DNA of 64,000 bases from Octopus vulgaris (lineage: Eukaryota), in contig OX597833.1 of assembly GCA_951406725.2 (NCBI GenBank), positions 61,194,001 through 61,258,000 of the forward strand, read 5' to 3'. Numbering within the stretch: position 1 is the stretch's first letter; every line of letters starts with the position of its first letter. Position numbers and translations under genes: made by a program. Positions 62,869-64,000 of the stretch are shown one piece after another. Below the pieces are notes generated by a model. That model was not told where the DNA came from. It saw nothing but the letters and a program-made list of their open reading frames with translations, and made no database searches.

Positions 62869-63009
62869 GTACCACTGGCAGTGATTGTGGATTCTCGTAA
62901 TTATGGTAAATATGGAAACATGGCAGTATGGCTATCACTAATTCTTGGACAGCCTATAGCTATTCTAGCCTATATGCACGACTATTACATTTTGTCCAAG
63001 ACTGAATGA
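62869..63009 (+). CDS. DGAT1: DGAT1 exon 16 (last coding exon, TGA stop)
   Basis: TTGCAG|; [46 protein letters not shown]. The 16 exons sum to 1509 nt (502 aa plus stop). Confidence 0.96.
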   Translation, partial: VPLAVIVDSRNYGKYGNMAVWLSLILGQPIAILAYMHDYYILSKTE

Positions 63010-63636
63010 TCCTAATACCAATTACTTCTACAAATTCCTACAATTAGTAAAAGACATCTCTTGAACCATTTTACAAATTTAAAAAAAAAAATCATTCAAA
63101 TAATTCTTCAGATCAATTGCTGGATATTTTAGAATTTGTGTTTAATTCTTTATTTCAGAATTTAAAACTAGCCAAACATTTTTTCGTTTTCCTTAACAGT
63201 ACAGCATTTATTTTCTAAATAGTTCTGTGGTGGTCTGACCTTTGAGTAAAAATCCTCCGCAGAACAAACATTACTCTCACCTTTTTACCTTCCAATCCAA
63301 CTTGATGCATCGTTGCGCTATTTGTAGAGACCCTGAACAAATTTATGCCCACCACATTTTAGCATCATTAAGAAATAGACTTCCTCACATATGCATAGAA
63401 ATATTTTTTTCTTTTAACATTTACCTCTTACATTAGGAATTTTGGATGTGTGGGGGGTTTCACAATTGCTTTTAATACAGGGACCCTTTAATGCTGCTGA
63501 CTATTAAATTGTCCTCTGTCAATCCAAAGATCAAAAATATATTTATTGATTCAAAACTGATGCTTCTAGATTTGTCACTCAGTTTTTTTCCTTTCTGAGA
63601 AATTCTTAGTTACAACAGAATCCTCAACTTTGAATG

Positions 63637-63642
63637 AATAAA
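63637..63642 (+). terminator. Candidate DGAT1 polyadenylation signal
   Basis: AATAAA about 630 nt after the stop, followed by T/GT-rich sequence; an ATTAAA at 63503 is an alternative. No transcript evidence. Confidence 0.35.
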
Positions 63643-64000
63643 CTTTGTGTAATAAGTTCTCTTCCTATCGTTTCTGCATTCAGACATACTTGTGTGTGTA
63701 TGTATATGCATATACATATAATATCTGTATATGCATGTGTGTGTATGTATATATAATGAATGTGTATTAGAAACAGGTTTATAAAGTTAACCTGTGACTG
63801 AAATTGTATATTTTTTCTAATATATTCCTCTTGTTAATGTTAATGAAAATATTACCAAATTTCTTTCAATAAGAACTGCAATATCTTTGAAGCTTTTGCC
63901 AGAAGTAAAGATTCTAAGTGTGTGAGCGTAAGATGTATGTCTTTCTGATAAAATTCTTCCCAGTTTTTTAAATCTATCCATTGTCAGCAAGAGTACATTC

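Noticed and set aside
63007-63015. Stop-codon readthrough at the DGAT1 TGA
   Set aside because: Context is TGA TCC TAA, not TGA CTA G, and a second stop follows after one codon.

Overview
AT-rich, repeat-dense animal genomic DNA, most likely a coleoid cephalopod such as Octopus (inferred from the SINE landscape and microsatellite load, not verified). Two spliced genes lie head-to-head about 9.9 kb apart. On the minus strand are the first three coding exons of a TBC1D20-like RabGAP (ATG 10700), which runs off the left edge. On the plus strand is a complete 16-exon DGAT1 (20573..63009, 1509 nt CDS, 502 aa, all introns GT-AG, phases consistent). The rest is tRNA-derived SINEs and other short retroposons, LINE fragments, MITEs (hAT, mariner, piggyBac, GG-terminal with 8-9 bp TSDs), Helitron-like elements and mini/microsatellites. 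Nearly all supplied ORFs are repeat artefacts. Best second-look items: a minimal hammerhead-ribozyme-like motif in a 150-bp TSD-flanked element in TBC1D20 intron 1; a DGAT1 exon whose candidate branch point and acceptor tract come from a SINE tail; a 96-bp fold-back next to a DGAT1 acceptor; a 26-bp minisatellite grown from a retroposon subrepeat; and three MITEs carrying TTAGGG-like repeats. Repeat boundaries are approximate unless a TSD is quoted.
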